The notes beneath the pieces are model-generated. The model made no database searches. It saw only the letters and a list, made by a program, of their open reading frames with translations, and was not told where the DNA came from. From positions 1 through 17,563 of IMG/VR virus record IMGVR_UViG_2737471860_000010: DNA of 17,563 nt; one strand, 5' to 3'. The position numbers were made by a program, and so were the translations under genes. Positions 15,817 to 17,563 of the stretch are shown here, piece by piece (position 1 is the stretch's first letter; every line of letters starts with the position of its first letter). This DNA is from a virus. Its lineage: Duplodnaviria > Heunggongvirae > Uroviricota > Caudoviricetes.

Positions 15817-16845
15817 ATGCTGACACCAAAAGCCACCGAACTGATCCGACAGAATATCGACGCCGTTCATCGCAATTTCCGCAATTGCCAGACCTCTGAC
15901 GGGAAATCATTCTCATTAACTGAACCGCTTTCAACAGCCATTCGCCTGGCACTGATGGAAAACCTGGCTTTCCTCAGTCTGATCACCATGATGGATGTAC
16001 CACATCCGAAAGGTCAGGTTATCAATATTGGCGACTCTGTACTGCGTACCGGGCGCGTGAAAGACGGACGTTTCACCAAAGGGTCAACGTTTGACGGTAA
16101 TACCTTCGAACTGGTCGAAACCGATTCCTGCAACATCATTCCATGGGACACACTGGCCATCTGGGGCAATGTGGGAAGCCAGCAGGAATTTTTCAATCTG
16201 ATGAACAACGCCGCGCTTCACAACTTTGCCGAAGATATTTTACGTATCGGCTTTAACGGGGCCAGCGTGGCCGAAAACTCAGATCCGGAAACCAATAAGC
16301 TCGGTCAGGACGTCAATATTGGCTGGCATCAGATCGCCAGAAACTGGGGGGAAGAAGAAGGACGTACCTCAAAAATTCTGACAGACCCGGTCACCATTGG
16401 CGAGGGCGGTGATTTTATTGGTCTGGATGCTGCAGCATCTGACATTATCCGAAGTGCCATTCCTGCGCAATGGCAGGATAACCCAAACCTTGTTGTCCTG
16501 GTTGGCGCTGACCTGCTCGCTGCGGAGGAGGTCCGCCTCTACAACAAAGAGGATCGCCCGTCAGAGCAGGTTGCCGCACAGCAACTGAGCAAAAATATTG
16601 CCGGTCGCCGCGCCTTCTGTCCGCCATTCATGCCCGGAAAACGTCTTGTGGTCACCACACTGCAGAACCTGCAGGTGCTGACGTTGCAGGGCTCGCGTCG
16701 TCGTCGCGCAGAAGACGTCAGCGATCGTAAACAGTTTGAGAACAGCTACTGGCGTTATGAAGGTTACGCCCTTGGGAATCCGGAGCTGTATGCAGCGATC
16801 GACGAATCAGCCGTCACAATCGTAAATGCAAAAGGGAAAGACTGA
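15817..16845 (+). CDS. N: Major capsid protein, P2 gpN family (342 aa)
   Basis: ATG 15817 preceded by AAGGA. Blocks …LRIGFNGASVAENSDPETNKLGQDVNIGWHQ…, …EEGRTS…, …GEGGDFIGLDAAASD… resemble P2 N as recalled. Follows O directly. Confidence 0.9.
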   Translation: MLTPKATELIRQNIDAVHRNFRNCQTSDGKSFSLTEPLSTAIRLALMENLAFLSLITMMDVPHPKGQVINIGDSVLRTGRVKDGRFTKGSTFDGNTFELVETDSCNIIPWDTLAIWGNVGSQQEFFNLMNNAALHNFAEDILRIGFNGASVAENSDPETNKLGQDVNIGWHQIARNWGEEEGRTSKILTDPVTIGEGGDFIGLDAAASDIIRSAIPAQWQDNPNLVVLVGADLLAAEEVRLYNKEDRPSEQVAAQQLSKNIAGRRAFCPPFMPGKRLVVTTLQNLQVLTLQGSRRRRAEDVSDRKQFENSYWRYEGYALGNPELYAAIDESAVTIVNAKGKD

Positions 16846-16855
16846 GGGCTGAACC

Positions 16856-17563
16856 ATGACACCGTTTCAGCGTCAGCGTGAAAGACAACTTGCCGGACAA
16901 AAGGCTGCCGGACTGCAGACACAACAGGCAGGTCATGTTATGCACGACAGCCAGCATATCATGCTGCTGGCGCTGGAGCAGGATTTGAAGCGACTGCATG
17001 ACATTGAACGTATTGCTGACAAAGTTGAAATGAAACGCACCGTTCTGCTTCCACGCTGGCTGCCACATGCACAGGCTTACCTGGACAAGGGACGCGTGTA
17101 TCAGAATCCTGTGCTTGTTTATTGCGTGATCTGGCTGTTTGACACCGGTCAGTTTGAACACGCGCTGCAGTGGGCAGATATTGCTATCGCTCAGGGGCAA
17201 CGAATGCCGGAAAGATTCCGGAGCGGACTGCCCACCTTCGTGGCACATTTCATTCTGGAATGGGCTGAACATGAAGCAGAGCGGGGAAACGGATCAGAGC
17301 CTTACTTTTCACAGGTCTTTGACAGGGTACGCCATACCTGGCAGATAAATGAGCGCCTGACGGCAAGATATTACCGGTTTGCCGGGCTTCAGTTACTGAG
17401 AAACGGCAACGATAAACCACTGGCCAGCACCATCAGTGACCAGAACATACTGATAAAAGCGGATGAACTGCTGGCAACGGCAGAAGCGCTGCATCCAAAA
17501 ATTCAGGTAAAAACACACCGTCAGCGTATCGCGATGCGACTGCGGGCGTTACTGGCGGAATAA
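16856..17563 (+). CDS. M: Terminase small / endonuclease subunit, P2 gpM family (235 aa)
   Basis: ATG 16856 preceded by GAGGG. Blocks …LLPRWLPHAQAYLDKG…VIWLFDTGQFEHALQWADIAIAQGQRMPERF… resemble P2 M. The stop codon is the last triplet of the window. Confidence 0.8.
   Translation: MTPFQRQRERQLAGQKAAGLQTQQAGHVMHDSQHIMLLALEQDLKRLHDIERIADKVEMKRTVLLPRWLPHAQAYLDKGRVYQNPVLVYCVIWLFDTGQFEHALQWADIAIAQGQRMPERFRSGLPTFVAHFILEWAEHEAERGNGSEPYFSQVFDRVRHTWQINERLTARYYRFAGLQLLRNGNDKPLASTISDQNILIKADELLATAEALHPKIQVKTHRQRIAMRLRALLAE

Noticed and set aside
1-17563. CRISPR arrays, IS elements or transposase genes
   Set aside because: No regularly spaced short repeats and no transposase-like ORF or terminal inverted repeats were seen. 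The only notable repeats are the two dam-flanking direct repeats.

Overview
This window reads as the left ~17.5 kb of a P2-like (Peduovirus-type) temperate prophage in an enterobacterial-style genome. All calls rest on reading the sequence and recalled family motifs; no database search was run. Layout: integrase and a P2 C-type repressor run leftward (1-1404); a rightward early operon (1509-9908) holds a Cox-like HTH protein, many small ORFs, a Dam-family adenine methyltransferase flanked by ~48-bp direct repeats, and the rolling-circle replication initiator A. A ~2 kb slot between A and the portal gene (9905-11927) sits where P2 carries tin/old, as I recall the P2 map. It contains two unknown genes coupled to A and, on the opposite strand, an Ogr/Delta-type zinc-finger gene followed by a 2-3 TM membrane-protein gene. 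That pair is my top candidate for an undescribed accessory or defence system. The window ends with the packaging/capsid module: portal Q and terminase P leftward, scaffold O, major capsid N and small terminase M rightward. No rRNA, tRNA, CRISPR array or transposase was seen, and no P2-type cos site could be recognised.
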